From a virus (taxonomy: Duplodnaviria; Heunggongvirae; Uroviricota; Caudoviricetes), in IMG/VR virus record IMGVR_UViG_3300032007_003791: a stretch of 64,000 bases of DNA; one strand, written 5' to 3'. The notes under the pieces were generated by a model. The model worked only from the letters and a program-made list of their open reading frames with translations. It was not told where the DNA came from and did no database searches. The translations under genes and the position numbers were made by a program. Positions 36,873 through 46,805 of the stretch are shown piece after piece. Numbering within the stretch: position 1 is the stretch's first letter; each line of letters begins with the position of its first letter.

Positions 36873-38006
36873 ATGAATAACATTCTTTTAGTATCGGTTA
36901 TTGTCCTTATTGTCATCCTGGTCGGATTGATGATATGGATTGTCTTTTTCTCCAAGCCGAAGAAGGCGGAGAAAGAGGAAGTGCCCCAGTCGTATTCGGT
37001 AGTGCGCGTACGTAGCGCCGTATCGGGTAAGACGGTTATGGAGATTTATTCTGACGACCTTCTTGTTGACGGCCCGGTTCCGTTCTACAGCGACCTCGAA
37101 CAGGAGGAAGTGAAGGAGGAGACGCTTATCGAGCGCTGGCGCCGGAAGGACCTCTCCCGCGAGGAACGTGAGGAGCTGGCCCGCGAGATGCGTGCCGTGG
37201 GTTACCAGGTAACGCTGGAAGGCGAGGGCGTGGCTCCTGCCGGTGAAGCCGCACCTTCCGTGCCGGCTGGCGGTTCCGGTACTCAGGCTCTTCCCGACTC
37301 GATGGACGAGCTTTTCGCTATCGTGAAGAATCCCATGTACTCAGAGGCGTATAAGAGTGAAGCGAAGCGGAAGCTTGCGGTGCTGCTCGGAACGGAGCCC
37401 GCTTCCGAAGAGGAGAGTGAAGGCGGGGAGGACGACGACACGCACGGTGAGGGAAACGGACAGGGAACCGACGATGATTTCGCCGAAGGCGGATTCGAGG
37501 TTGATCCCGTTACCGGCGCACCCGTTTCCCGCGAGACTCAGTCCGCGCCGGAGGGGACGGCTGATGTGCGGGAGGGTGACGACACTTACCTCGTGACGTT
37601 GGATTTCCCTCACGACGAGAAGCTGGAGGTCGACGATGACAGGGACTCGCGCCTGGCCATCGAGCTGATGCGTTTCATTGCGCATAGCTTTCGTAACGGC
37701 CTCATCGACCCCGAACTGGTGGCTTTCGCTGAGCGGCGCCTGCATCTTGATGTCAATCACGTCTGGACCGAGGAAGAGAAGGTCCGCGTCGCGATGCGCT
37801 CCGACAAGTACAACGGCCTGGAAGAGAAGTCGGTCGAGGAGCTTGATTCGTTCGTCCGTTCCGTGGTGGAGGAGAAGACGAAAGCCCACACCGTAACGAA
37901 GAAAGAGAAGAAGGTTACCCTTGGTTTCGACCCCAAGGGCGGCAAGAACGACCTGGTGTGGAAGCGTCTCGAGGATTGGGGTAACGAGGAGTTCGCGAGA
38001 AATTAA
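36873..38006 (+). CDS. Membrane-anchored acidic protein in the position of CTn traB-D
   Basis: N-terminal transmembrane segment, very acidic; directly upstream of traE. Confidence 0.6.
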   Translation: MNNILLVSVIVLIVILVGLMIWIVFFSKPKKAEKEEVPQSYSVVRVRSAVSGKTVMEIYSDDLLVDGPVPFYSDLEQEEVKEETLIERWRRKDLSREEREELAREMRAVGYQVTLEGEGVAPAGEAAPSVPAGGSGTQALPDSMDELFAIVKNPMYSEAYKSEAKRKLAVLLGTEPASEEESEGGEDDDTHGEGNGQGTDDDFAEGGFEVDPVTGAPVSRETQSAPEGTADVREGDDTYLVTLDFPHDEKLEVDDDRDSRLAIELMRFIAHSFRNGLIDPELVAFAERRLHLDVNHVWTEEEKVRVAMRSDKYNGLEEKSVEELDSFVRSVVEEKTKAHTVTKKEKKVTLGFDPKGGKNDLVWKRLEDWGNEEFARN

Positions 38007-38033
38007 AATGCTAATTATATCTGTTAATCTGTT

Positions 38034-38369
38034 ATGAAAAAGTTTTTCAGTTCAATGAAGAATCGTCTGATTCTGTTGGTCTACGGGATGATGGCCCCGG
38101 TTATCAGTTTTGCACAGTCCGGCAAGAGCGCGGATGCGCAGCAAGTTCTGGACAAGACTTACCAGGAGATAAATAAGCTCACAAATAATATCATTAATAT
38201 TGTGAGTATTGTCGGTGCGCTTGTCGGTGTCATCATGCTTGCCCCCAACCTGTTGAAGTACCTCAAGGGTGACCCGTCTTCGAACGACGCCCTGATGAAG
38301 GTCGGAGCCGGTATCATCATCTTCGTGATTCTGCTTCAGGTCATCAGGGTTGCACTCCTTAACGGGTAA
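38034..38369 (+). CDS. traE: TraE-like (DUF4134, VirB2 pilin-like)
   Basis: Signal peptide plus two hydrophobic helices; position before traF/traG. Confidence 0.7.
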   Translation: MKKFFSSMKNRLILLVYGMMAPVISFAQSGKSADAQQVLDKTYQEINKLTNNIINIVSIVGALVGVIMLAPNLLKYLKGDPSSNDALMKVGAGIIIFVILLQVIRVALLNG

Positions 38370-38380
38370 ATTCTGTTTTT

Positions 38381-38710
38381 ATGAAGTGTACCCTCTATCG
38401 TTCGCTTGACCGTCCCTCGGCATTCTTTGGAATCCGGGGGCGGTTCATAACGTGGTACGGCTTCATTCTTGGCGGTATCCTGTTCGTCGCTGCGTTTGTT
38501 GGTTCGTTCACGGGCAGCTTCTTCGGTTTCCTGACTTTCTTCGGCGGAGCGGCGGCAGGGTATGGTTTTATCCTTTCGCTCCAGTCAAGGTACTCCGACA
38601 GGATGTTGTCGATGAAGTTCAATTCAAAGCGCTATGCGCATTTTTTCAGGGTCCCTCCGTATGCTTTCCGGCATATCTGGCGCAGGGACCGTTTTGACAA
38701 GAATTTTTAA
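38381..38710 (+). CDS. traF: TraF-like (DUF4133, VirB3-like)
   Basis: LYRSLDRPSAFFGIRGRFI, two transmembrane helices; directly before traG. Confidence 0.78.
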   Translation: MKCTLYRSLDRPSAFFGIRGRFITWYGFILGGILFVAAFVGSFTGSFFGFLTFFGGAAAGYGFILSLQSRYSDRMLSMKFNSKRYAHFFRVPPYAFRHIWRRDRFDKNF

Positions 38711-38716
38711 TTCAGT

Positions 38717-41275
38717 ATGATAGTAAAGGGAACGTTCAAGGATTTGTATGATGTCCTGCCGGTGCTGGCCGTCAAGGACGGCTGCATCATCTCCAGGAGG
38801 GGCGATGTGACGTTCTGCTGGGAGGTCAGCGTCCCTCCGGCCTATTCCGTCACGGAGGCCGGGTACGACGAGATGGTGTCGTCCTTCGAGACGGCGTTCA
38901 AGCTGCTCCCGCCATGGACCGTCATTCACCGCCAGGACTGTTACTCGAAGAATACCTGGCGGGGCAGTTTCGGGAAGAGTTATCTTTCCGACTGCTATAA
39001 CGCCCATTTCGACGGGCGTGAGTACCTTACGCATCATCAGTACCTCTATCTGACCTTCTCCGGCAAGATGTCCGTCCTGCGTTCCAATTCCGCCACGGCG
39101 GCCTTCGGCTTCCGTGGCGGCACCGGCCTGCTCCCCGACGAGGGGACGGTGGCCCTGATGGCCTCGAAGGCTTCGGAGTTCGCTGCCGTGTTGGAAGGCT
39201 GCGGTTACGTGCGCATGCGCCGTCTGACGGACGAGGAGCTGGAGGGGAGCGGTACGGATGCGGGTCTTATCGAGCGTTATCTTGGCCTTGGGCGTAACGA
39301 CTGTATCCGTGACGATGTGGAGGTCGGTCCCGGACGTTTGAAAATCGGTGACCAGAACATTCTTGGCTTCAAGATCTCCGGTTCGGAACAGTTCCAAGGG
39401 AACACGATTTCCAATGTGGTCAAGGTCACGGAACTCTCCGGTGAGGTGTCGACGGTCTATCTGTCCTTCGGTTCCGGTATCGGTTCCCGTCTGGACTGTG
39501 AGCATGTGGTGAACAACTACATCGTTGTCCCGGAGCAGCAGGAGCTGCTTCGTGAGCTGGATAAGCGTCGTCGTAAGATGGTTTCCATGTCGAAGGATGC
39601 GGGTAACGCCGTCTATTCCGAGCAGCTTGACCATTTCCTCAAGATGGTCAAGGAACAGACCCTGCTTCTCTGCATGTCCCATATGAACCTCCTTGCGTGG
39701 TGCCCGGAGGGCGGCGAGGAGGAGCTGCGGGGAACGGTGTCGAAGTCGTTCGGCGGCATGGACATCGTGGCCGAGAAGGCCGTTTATGACCTGCCGTCCC
39801 TTTATCTTGCCGGTTGTCCCGGAGGGGGCGCCGAGCTTGGGAAGGACAACTTGATGACACAGGAGCTCTGTTCGATGCTGTGCATGGGTATCAACGAGTC
39901 GTTTGACGACGGCATGCCCGGCGGCACGTTCCTCGTCTCCGACAGGGTACGGCATATCCCCATTGCCATCGACCTCCAGCTGAGGGCCCAGCAGCTGCAT
40001 CATATTGACAATTTCAATATCTTCCTTCTTGGCCCGTCCGGTTCGGGTAAGTCGTTCTTCATGAACTACTTCCTCCGCCAGTCCTACGACAACGGCGAGT
40101 CTATCTTCATGATTGACAAGGGCGGTTCGTATCGTGGCCTGACGGATGTCATCCACGAGCTCTCGGATGGCCGTGACGGTACTTACATGACCTGGGATAT
40201 GGATAATCCTCCTTCTTTCAATCCGTTTGTCGGCTGGAAGGAGTGGGTGGACGGCAAGGGTCACCTGCGCCAGGATGCGCATGGTATCCAGGCGTTCCTC
40301 TCCGCCGTGAAGTTCCTCTGGCAGCCGCAGGGCGGCTGGATGTCTGCATCGCTCTCTATCCTGGAGAGGATCGTGACGGACTTCATCGTGAAGATGCTCG
40401 CCGATGGTGTGGAGATTCCCGTCTTTGACGATTTCTACCGCTACCTCGGTGAGGAGGTGATGCCCCGCATCGTTCCTGAGTATAATAAGAAAGGTGAGGT
40501 CGTCGCCTTGCCTTCCAATCCGCTTGTCGTGGCGTATAACCCCGTCACGCCGCAGCAGTTCGACATCGTTGAGCTGATGCGTGCGCTCTCGTCGTTCTCG
40601 GCTGACGGTACATACGGCTTCTTCCTTAATGACAAGCACCCGAAAGACCTTATCTCCGACCGTTTCACGGTGATTGAGGTGGATAAGATTGCGGCCGGTG
40701 ACAAGGTGTTCTACAGCCTCTGTATCCTCTTCATCATGAACACGTTCGAGATGAAGATGAGCTCACTGGGCGGGTTCAAGCGTTTCGGGTTGGATGAAGC
40801 GTGGGCCGCTATCATGAACCCCGTCTTCGAGCCGTTCATCCTCTCCCTGTGGAAGACCGCCCGTAAGTTCCAGACCTCCGCGATGGTTATTACCCAGGAG
40901 GCGGACGACATACTCAAGTCGAAGATTATCGGTAGCACTATCATCGCCAATTCCGATATCAAGATCCTCCTTAACCAGAAGAAGAACGAGCGGAGGTTCG
41001 ATGAGCTTGCGAACCTGATGGCCTTGAGTGACCATCAGCGCGATAATATTCTTTCGATGGGTAAGGCCCATGACCCGAAGCTCCCGTATTATACGGATGT
41101 CTATGTCGGGATGCTTGACTGTGATGGCGTCTATTCTATCGAGGAGAGTCCCCAGGGGGCGCTTGCCTATGAGTCGGATGTCGTCAAGAAGGAGGAGCTC
41201 TTCGTGCTTAAGCGTAAGCTCGGCAGCATGCGCGATGCTTTGGAAGAACTCGCCAAAAAGAAATCCGCGAAATAG
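38717..41275 (+). CDS. traG: TraG, VirB4-family conjugation ATPase
   Basis: IISRRGDVTF, HRQD, Walker A GPSGSGKS, IDKGGSY, Walker B DEAWA, KTARKF...ITQE. Confidence 0.95.
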   Translation: MIVKGTFKDLYDVLPVLAVKDGCIISRRGDVTFCWEVSVPPAYSVTEAGYDEMVSSFETAFKLLPPWTVIHRQDCYSKNTWRGSFGKSYLSDCYNAHFDGREYLTHHQYLYLTFSGKMSVLRSNSATAAFGFRGGTGLLPDEGTVALMASKASEFAAVLEGCGYVRMRRLTDEELEGSGTDAGLIERYLGLGRNDCIRDDVEVGPGRLKIGDQNILGFKISGSEQFQGNTISNVVKVTELSGEVSTVYLSFGSGIGSRLDCEHVVNNYIVVPEQQELLRELDKRRRKMVSMSKDAGNAVYSEQLDHFLKMVKEQTLLLCMSHMNLLAWCPEGGEEELRGTVSKSFGGMDIVAEKAVYDLPSLYLAGCPGGGAELGKDNLMTQELCSMLCMGINESFDDGMPGGTFLVSDRVRHIPIAIDLQLRAQQLHHIDNFNIFLLGPSGSGKSFFMNYFLRQSYDNGESIFMIDKGGSYRGLTDVIHELSDGRDGTYMTWDMDNPPSFNPFVGWKEWVDGKGHLRQDAHGIQAFLSAVKFLWQPQGGWMSASLSILERIVTDFIVKMLADGVEIPVFDDFYRYLGEEVMPRIVPEYNKKGEVVALPSNPLVVAYNPVTPQQFDIVELMRALSSFSADGTYGFFLNDKHPKDLISDRFTVIEVDKIAAGDKVFYSLCILFIMNTFEMKMSSLGGFKRFGLDEAWAAIMNPVFEPFILSLWKTARKFQTSAMVITQEADDILKSKIIGSTIIANSDIKILLNQKKNERRFDELANLMALSDHQRDNILSMGKAHDPKLPYYTDVYVGMLDCDGVYSIEESPQGALAYESDVVKKEELFVLKRKLGSMRDALEELAKKKSAK

Positions 41276-41288
41276 TAATTATAAAGAT

Positions 41289-42287
41289 ATGAAAAACTTT
41301 TTTAAAACACTCAGTGTCCTTGTCTTGATGCTTTCCCTGTGTCAGGTGAGCCGGGCACAGTATGCCGTTTTCGATGCCGAAGGCTTGGCGAACGACATTT
41401 ACCAGGGTGGCATGCAGGCTGAGCAGTGGCTGCGTGAGAACACGAACGCGATAGAGTCGCTTCATAACATTGAAGTCATGAATTCGTGGATTGACCAGCA
41501 TTTCGGCGAAGGTTCCACCTGGCAGAAGATTATGGGTAAGGTCAAGGAGAGCCGTGACATGGTTTCCCTGCTTGGAAGTGTCAACCGTGCTACCAAGGAT
41601 TATATTGATTATACGAAGTATATTTCGACGCATTTTGAAGATTTGGATCCGTCCGTTACCGCAAGGATGATAAGGATGACTTCCGATTTATTGAAAAAGA
41701 CCGAGAGCTGTTATGAAGCAGCGTACGAGCTTATCGCCGACGACCAGATGAGTTATGACCAGAAGAGAATTTTTCTTCGCAGGTCTGCGAAGGAAGCTGA
41801 GAGTGCGGCTGATGAGATGGAAGAAACCGTCGAGAGTATGATTAACGGCACTTCTGCCGCCAAGGGCGCCACCGTTGCATTGGGTATTCTTGACGGCATG
41901 GACCAGGCTGGTATCGAAGATTTGTTGAAAGGCGTAGGCGGTAACAGCATATGGGCGAAGGCCTATGGCGGTACTGACCGCAGTGCCGTAGACGAGACGC
42001 TTAAGGACCCGGAGCCTGTCGAGAAGGGGGACGTCACCACAAGAGAGGTGCTTGGTCAAGACTCGCATGTCTTTGGTGACGGGATGAGGACCGCTTTCAA
42101 GATTCTTTCTGTCCTGTTGGGACTTCTTATGGTCGGTATGCTGGTTATTGTCTATATCAAGTGGAACCGTGGCGAGTACGGTGCCGGTGACTATGGCGAG
42201 CGTGGTTTTATGTCTATTTATATTGCTATCGCTGTCGGTTCGTTTATTCTGTCGATACTGGCGGCATATGCCGGGTTTGGTTTATGA
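41289..42287 (+). CDS. TraI-like (DUF4141) protein with an extra C-terminal two-TM segment
   Basis: Signal peptide, QYAVFDAEGLANDI and MSYDQKR resemble DUF4141; sits between traG and traJ; start at 41289. Confidence 0.6.
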   Translation: MKNFFKTLSVLVLMLSLCQVSRAQYAVFDAEGLANDIYQGGMQAEQWLRENTNAIESLHNIEVMNSWIDQHFGEGSTWQKIMGKVKESRDMVSLLGSVNRATKDYIDYTKYISTHFEDLDPSVTARMIRMTSDLLKKTESCYEAAYELIADDQMSYDQKRIFLRRSAKEAESAADEMEETVESMINGTSAAKGATVALGILDGMDQAGIEDLLKGVGGNSIWAKAYGGTDRSAVDETLKDPEPVEKGDVTTREVLGQDSHVFGDGMRTAFKILSVLLGLLMVGMLVIVYIKWNRGEYGAGDYGERGFMSIYIAIAVGSFILSILAAYAGFGL

Positions 42288-43336
42288 TTGGATATATTCT
42301 TGTAGGTACGGGTATACTGAATACCCTCGATGGCATCCGTGGAGCCGTCGTTAATTCCAAGCTGGCGGCGTTTTCGGCGTTGGCTGCGACGCTGGCTGCG
42401 CTTTTTGCGGGTATCATCCTGCTTCGTATGGCGCATGATTACGTTTCCGGTCAGGGTCTCACTTTCTGGGAGCTGGTACGTCCGTTTGTCATCGTCTTTC
42501 TTGTGGCGAATTTCAACACGATGGTTGCGAGTCCGCTTCATCGTATCGTGAATATCGGTACCATGGGTCTGACGAGGGTCGCCGAAACGGAGTCCGATAA
42601 GTACTATCGGGTCCTTGGCGAGGTAGTGAAGAACACGTACACGAATGCCAAGCCGGAGGACAACCCGTTTTCAAGCGATAACGCTCAGAACGGGGAGGGT
42701 AAGGGAAAGTGGTTCAAGAACCTCTTCAAGGAAATGGGTTCTACGATATGGGACGCCATCTCGAAGCTCTTCAAGAAGATTATGGATTTCATTCTGTCGG
42801 GCGCGGTAGCGGTCGCGAAGAAATGCGGCATGGGTATAGACAATACGGACGAGTTGGCGACGGATTATCCGTTCATATCCTTGCTTTGTCTGTTGTTTAC
42901 GTTCTATCTCCGTCTGGTTATCTTTATGGAGCAGTGTGCATGCTATATCAACCTGGCGCTGCTTACGCTCCTTGGGCCTTACGCCTTCGCGCTTTCTATT
43001 TTCCAACCGTGGCGTAGCCGGGCGAGTTCGTGGATTGCGGCTTATATCTCCACGGCGATGTGGATTCCGATCCAGCAGATTGTCTTGACGATTTCCTATT
43101 TCCTGCTTGGCAGGATTGGGGCCTTGGAGTTGAATTTCGAATCATCCGCCCCTTGGCTGACGCTCTGTTGTATCTGGGTGAGCATTACCATGCTGCACAA
43201 GGTCCCGGCTCTTGCTGGGAATGTCATTGATGCCGCTGCTTCCGGTTTGGATTCCGGCCCGAGTGCTATGGGTGCGGCGAAGGGTGCTCTTGGAGCGGCC
43301 GCCAACGGTGCGAGAGCTGCTATGGGTGGTAGATAA
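42284..43336 (+). CDS. traJ: TraJ, VirB6-like polytopic membrane protein
   Basis: ELVRPFVI, LTLLGPYAFALSIFQPW...SWIAAYIS..MWIPI, VPALAGNVI, Gly/Ala tail. Confidence 0.85.
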   Translation: MIGYILVGTGILNTLDGIRGAVVNSKLAAFSALAATLAALFAGIILLRMAHDYVSGQGLTFWELVRPFVIVFLVANFNTMVASPLHRIVNIGTMGLTRVAETESDKYYRVLGEVVKNTYTNAKPEDNPFSSDNAQNGEGKGKWFKNLFKEMGSTIWDAISKLFKKIMDFILSGAVAVAKKCGMGIDNTDELATDYPFISLLCLLFTFYLRLVIFMEQCACYINLALLTLLGPYAFALSIFQPWRSRASSWIAAYISTAMWIPIQQIVLTISYFLLGRIGALELNFESSAPWLTLCCIWVSITMLHKVPALAGNVIDAAASGLDSGPSAMGAAKGALGAAANGARAAMGGR

Positions 43337-43349
43337 ATATTGAATTGAT

Positions 43350-43988
43350 ATGAGCAAGTTTAATAACATAGTCGGGTATTTCAATACCATTGAGCAGTCT
43401 TTTGCGAAGCTGCGTTTCTTCACGGTCCTTGCTTACAGCCTGTCGGCGGTCATCGCTATCGGCTCGCTTGTATACGCGTCACTGTATGTTGCGTCCCACA
43501 ATGATAATATCTTCGTTGTGGATAACTCCAGCGGTGTGGCGCTGGCCGCTTCGAAGGGTGGCGAGATTGACCGTTCGCACGAGATTGAACTTCACGTGAA
43601 GGAGTTCCATCGTCTGATGTTCAACCTTCCTCCGTCCCGTGAGGCTATTGACGCCCAGATGGACGAGGCGTTCAAGCTCTGTGACCGTTCGGCGTACGAG
43701 TACTACAATGACCAGGACGAGACAGGCTTTTACCAGCGTCTGGAGGATGCCAATGTCGTGCAGTGGCTGGAACTTGATTCCTTGAAGATCGACATGTCAT
43801 CCTATCCTTACCGTGAGGCTTACTTCGGGAAGGTCTATCTGCAGAGGCAGAGCCGTATCACGAAGTATGACTTCGTTTCCACGGGTCAGCTCGTCGATGT
43901 CGGTCGTTCGTCCAGTAACCCCCATGGCTTGCTCCTTGAGCGGTTCCGTGTCGTGAAGAACGAGCGTATAGAGACGCGTTCAAGATAG
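43350..43988 (+). CDS. traK: TraK, VirB8-like
   Basis: FNTIEQSF, HVKEFHRLMFNLPP, LCDRSAYEYY, RSSSNPHGLLLERF. Confidence 0.9.
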   Translation: MSKFNNIVGYFNTIEQSFAKLRFFTVLAYSLSAVIAIGSLVYASLYVASHNDNIFVVDNSSGVALAASKGGEIDRSHEIELHVKEFHRLMFNLPPSREAIDAQMDEAFKLCDRSAYEYYNDQDETGFYQRLEDANVVQWLELDSLKIDMSSYPYREAYFGKVYLQRQSRITKYDFVSTGQLVDVGRSSSNPHGLLLERFRVVKNERIETRSR

Positions 43989-44001
43989 GGGAGGACTGGA
44001 T

Positions 44002-44151
44002 ATGTTCGATTGGTTTACTAAGGTTGCCGACAGGGTGAACGCCAACTGGGACGCTATCGTCCCGAGGGCTGCCCGTGTGATGGGGTGGATTTGTATTGTG
44101 GTTGCGATAATTTTCGCAGTTATTACTTATCGTAGGTTCATTTCAATGTGA
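44002..44151 (+). CDS. Small TM protein in the traL position, 49 aa
   Basis: Translated by hand: MFDWFTKVADRVNANWD...WICIVVAIIFAVITYRRFISM; between traK and traM. Confidence 0.6.
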   Translation: MFDWFTKVADRVNANWDAIVPRAARVMGWICIVVAIIFAVITYRRFISM

Positions 44152-44158
44152 TTTGTAT

Positions 44159-45361
44159 ATGGCACTTAATCTTGATGACAGTAAGAAAAAGACCGTTCTG
44201 GTCATTGCGCTTGGAATAGGTGTCTCCCTCCTTCTCTTGATTCTGCTTCTTATCTTCTCCGGCAAGGGGAAGGAAGAGAAGAAAGGTGAAGGGGAGGAGG
44301 TTGCTACGGAGAATGCGATTTCGGAGGTCCCGGATGCGGAGGAGTCGTCCAAGCGCGGCTCGAAGCGTTCCATTTACCGTTCCCAGGGTGACAAGGCTCC
44401 CATTGAGGATTACTGGGATGCCCTGGAAGGCAAGGACGGCTCGTCTCCGGCGGATGACGTGACCTCGGATGGCCCTGCAGGTCATTCGGGTTCGGGTACG
44501 GCGAAGAAGAAGGACGAGCCCCGTTACGTCTCCGCCGACTCTTTCGAGGACGATGTTCGCCGGAAGGCGGGTTCGGCCTCTTCGGAAAGTTACACGGAAT
44601 CGGAGGCTGACAGGAACTACAGACGTCGTATGGAGGCCCAGGAGGCCGCCGCGAAGCGTGCGGCTGACCAGCGTGACGAGCTCATTGCTGAGCTGCGCCG
44701 TCGTAACGGGGAAGGACAGCAGGCCGCTCAGGAGGAGCAGCCGAAGGAGGAGACACCCGCTCCCGCTCCGGCGGCGGACACTATCAAGGTCGAGCGCGTA
44801 CAGGTGCGTCGCACGGGTTCGGTATCTACCTTGGATGACGGCTATGTGAGCGCCGGTTCGTCCGGCATCTCTTCCTTGGATGCGTCGGATGATATCTACT
44901 CCGCTGATGAGCAGTATCCGTTCCGTTGTATGTTCGTCAGGGACGAGAAGGTGAAGAACGGGTCCAGGGTGGCTGTGCGCCTTCTGGAGGATATGGTCAT
45001 TGACGGTCAGCTGGTGCCGAAGAACACCCACCTGCAGGCTATCTGCATGCTGGGTACGCGGTTGGAAATGACTATCTCTACGCTCGATCTGGGTGGCAGG
45101 CTCATCAGTTTCGATTACGAGGCGTACGACAACGACGGTGCGAAGGGCCTTTATTACCCGAACGTGAAGGATGATAAGAAGGAGGAGCAGTTGAAGAACC
45201 AGGCGCAGTCGACGCTTCTTTCGAGGATGTCGTCTGCTGCTGGCCGTCTGGCGCAGGATGCCGTACAGATGGGCCGTATCATCGTGTCGAGTACCGGAAA
45301 GGAGACTACCGTTTCGGTCCCGGCCGGGTATCAGTTCTACCTTGTGAAGAAAGTTAGGTAA
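44159..45361 (+). CDS. traM: TraM, VirB10-like
   Basis: N-terminal TM, disordered middle, KVKNGSRVAVRLLED, YEAYDNDGAKGLYYP, VPAGYQFYL. Confidence 0.88.
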   Translation: MALNLDDSKKKTVLVIALGIGVSLLLLILLLIFSGKGKEEKKGEGEEVATENAISEVPDAEESSKRGSKRSIYRSQGDKAPIEDYWDALEGKDGSSPADDVTSDGPAGHSGSGTAKKKDEPRYVSADSFEDDVRRKAGSASSESYTESEADRNYRRRMEAQEAAAKRAADQRDELIAELRRRNGEGQQAAQEEQPKEETPAPAPAADTIKVERVQVRRTGSVSTLDDGYVSAGSSGISSLDASDDIYSADEQYPFRCMFVRDEKVKNGSRVAVRLLEDMVIDGQLVPKNTHLQAICMLGTRLEMTISTLDLGGRLISFDYEAYDNDGAKGLYYPNVKDDKKEEQLKNQAQSTLLSRMSSAAGRLAQDAVQMGRIIVSSTGKETTVSVPAGYQFYLVKKVR

Positions 45362-45377
45362 TTAAAAAAAATAGGAT

Positions 45378-46214
45378 ATGAAGAAGATTGTATTTGTTCT
45401 TTTTATGTTTCTTTGCGGTATCCCTGCCTTTGCGCAGATGGATACGCTTTATGTCTCGACGGATTATACGTCGCATGTGATTTTCTCGACGGATGTGCCG
45501 TATGCGGATATCTCCAACAGCCGTTTCGTGATTGCGCGTATCATCGAGAAGAACAAGAACATGCTTGCCGTGAAGGCGCGTGAGCCGTTTATGGGTTCGT
45601 GCAGTCTGTCGGCCTTGGAGTCCAACGGCACGATGCATACGTTCATCGTGGTGTATAAGCAGTTCCCTACGGAGTTGGTTATAGATATGCGTAAGCGCAA
45701 TCCGCTGGCTGAAGAAGGTCCGTCCGTTAATGGACGGGCTGGTGGTTCTGTGGCGGGGGAGAATGTGTCCACGTGGAAGACGGGTTCCGCTCCTTTGTTG
45801 AAGGATGTGATTTCTTATCCGCAGCGTCTTTTTCATATCGGAAAGAAAGATTATGACATCGAGGTGATGTGTGAGGACATCTTTGCTTATTCGGATATAA
45901 CGTATATTATCCTTTCCTTGAAGAATAACTCAGGCATCTCGTACAATATCAACGATGCTTCCTTCACCCGTGAGATGAAATCGAAACGGTCCCGTAAGCT
46001 CACGAATGAGGGCCCCGTCCTTCCGCGTTCCCGTTATGGTAACCTTTCCGCTGGTCCGGGCGCCCGTTCCCGTATCGTGTATTCTTTTGATAAGCTGTCG
46101 TTGTATAAGAACCAGGTATTGAGGGTTTACTTCTATGAGGAAGGTGGTCAGCGTAATCTTACTCTTACCATCAGTGCAGATGATATTAACAAGGCCCGTT
46201 CGGCCATGGAATAG
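45378..46214 (+). CDS. traN: TraN (DUF4138, VirB9-like)
   Basis: TSHVIF, YADIS, NMLAVKA, YIILSLKNNSGISY, YFYEEGGQRNL. Confidence 0.88.
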   Translation: MKKIVFVLFMFLCGIPAFAQMDTLYVSTDYTSHVIFSTDVPYADISNSRFVIARIIEKNKNMLAVKAREPFMGSCSLSALESNGTMHTFIVVYKQFPTELVIDMRKRNPLAEEGPSVNGRAGGSVAGENVSTWKTGSAPLLKDVISYPQRLFHIGKKDYDIEVMCEDIFAYSDITYIILSLKNNSGISYNINDASFTREMKSKRSRKLTNEGPVLPRSRYGNLSAGPGARSRIVYSFDKLSLYKNQVLRVYFYEEGGQRNLTLTISADDINKARSAME

Positions 46215-46223
46215 TAATAGTTT

Positions 46224-46802
46224 ATGAGACGTTTGTTTTTCAGTTTGATTGTTTGTTTGTTGTCGGTATTCCTTTTTCCGGGTACCGCCTTCGCGCAGCG
46301 TACTGCCAATAACCAGTTCCATCTTTATGGCTCGGTTGATTACAACCTTTACAGTATGGGTGGTGAGGTGCAGTTTGGTCAGTATCTTCTTTTTGGTTAT
46401 TGGTCTGCCGGTGCCAATTTACAGAACTACCCCGGCTATGTTGGGAATAATGAGCTGGCGAATTTCCAGCGCATTGTCGGGTTGGGTACTTTCATGTACC
46501 GCTTTTTCGGGAACCGTTCGCGTTCCTTAAATTTCTATGGTGGCGGTGACGTTTTCGCCGGGGCGGAGGTCCTGGATATGTTCTCTTCCCTTTCAGAGGG
46601 GAAGAGGAAGAACTTAGTTGAGAATTTGGGTTACAGTGAAGCGAGGTTTATCTTTGGTGGCGGGCTTCGTCTGGAAGGTGAGTATTTCCCGCTTCCTCGT
46701 CTTGCCATTATTCTTCCGGTCAGGGTTTCTTTTACGGCTAATACCGCTATGAAGGATGTGGTCGGATTTAATGTTGGTCTTGGTGTAAGGTATAATTTTT
46801 AG
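46224..46802 (+). CDS. traO: TraO outer-membrane beta-barrel
   Basis: Signal peptide, AFAQR, barrel pattern, terminal GLGVRYNF; position after traN. Confidence 0.8.
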   Translation: MRRLFFSLIVCLLSVFLFPGTAFAQRTANNQFHLYGSVDYNLYSMGGEVQFGQYLLFGYWSAGANLQNYPGYVGNNELANFQRIVGLGTFMYRFFGNRSRSLNFYGGGDVFAGAEVLDMFSSLSEGKRKNLVENLGYSEARFIFGGGLRLEGEYFPLPRLAIILPVRVSFTANTAMKDVVGFNVGLGVRYNF

Positions 46803-46805
46803 AAG

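Noticed and set aside
38624-40639. 671-aa minus-strand ORF and similar long antisense ORFs (e.g. 14645-15691, 16215-17300, 51322-52410, 52344-53981, 55050-56126)
   Set aside because: Shadow frames of well-supported plus-strand genes with strong codon bias; no motifs or start signals.
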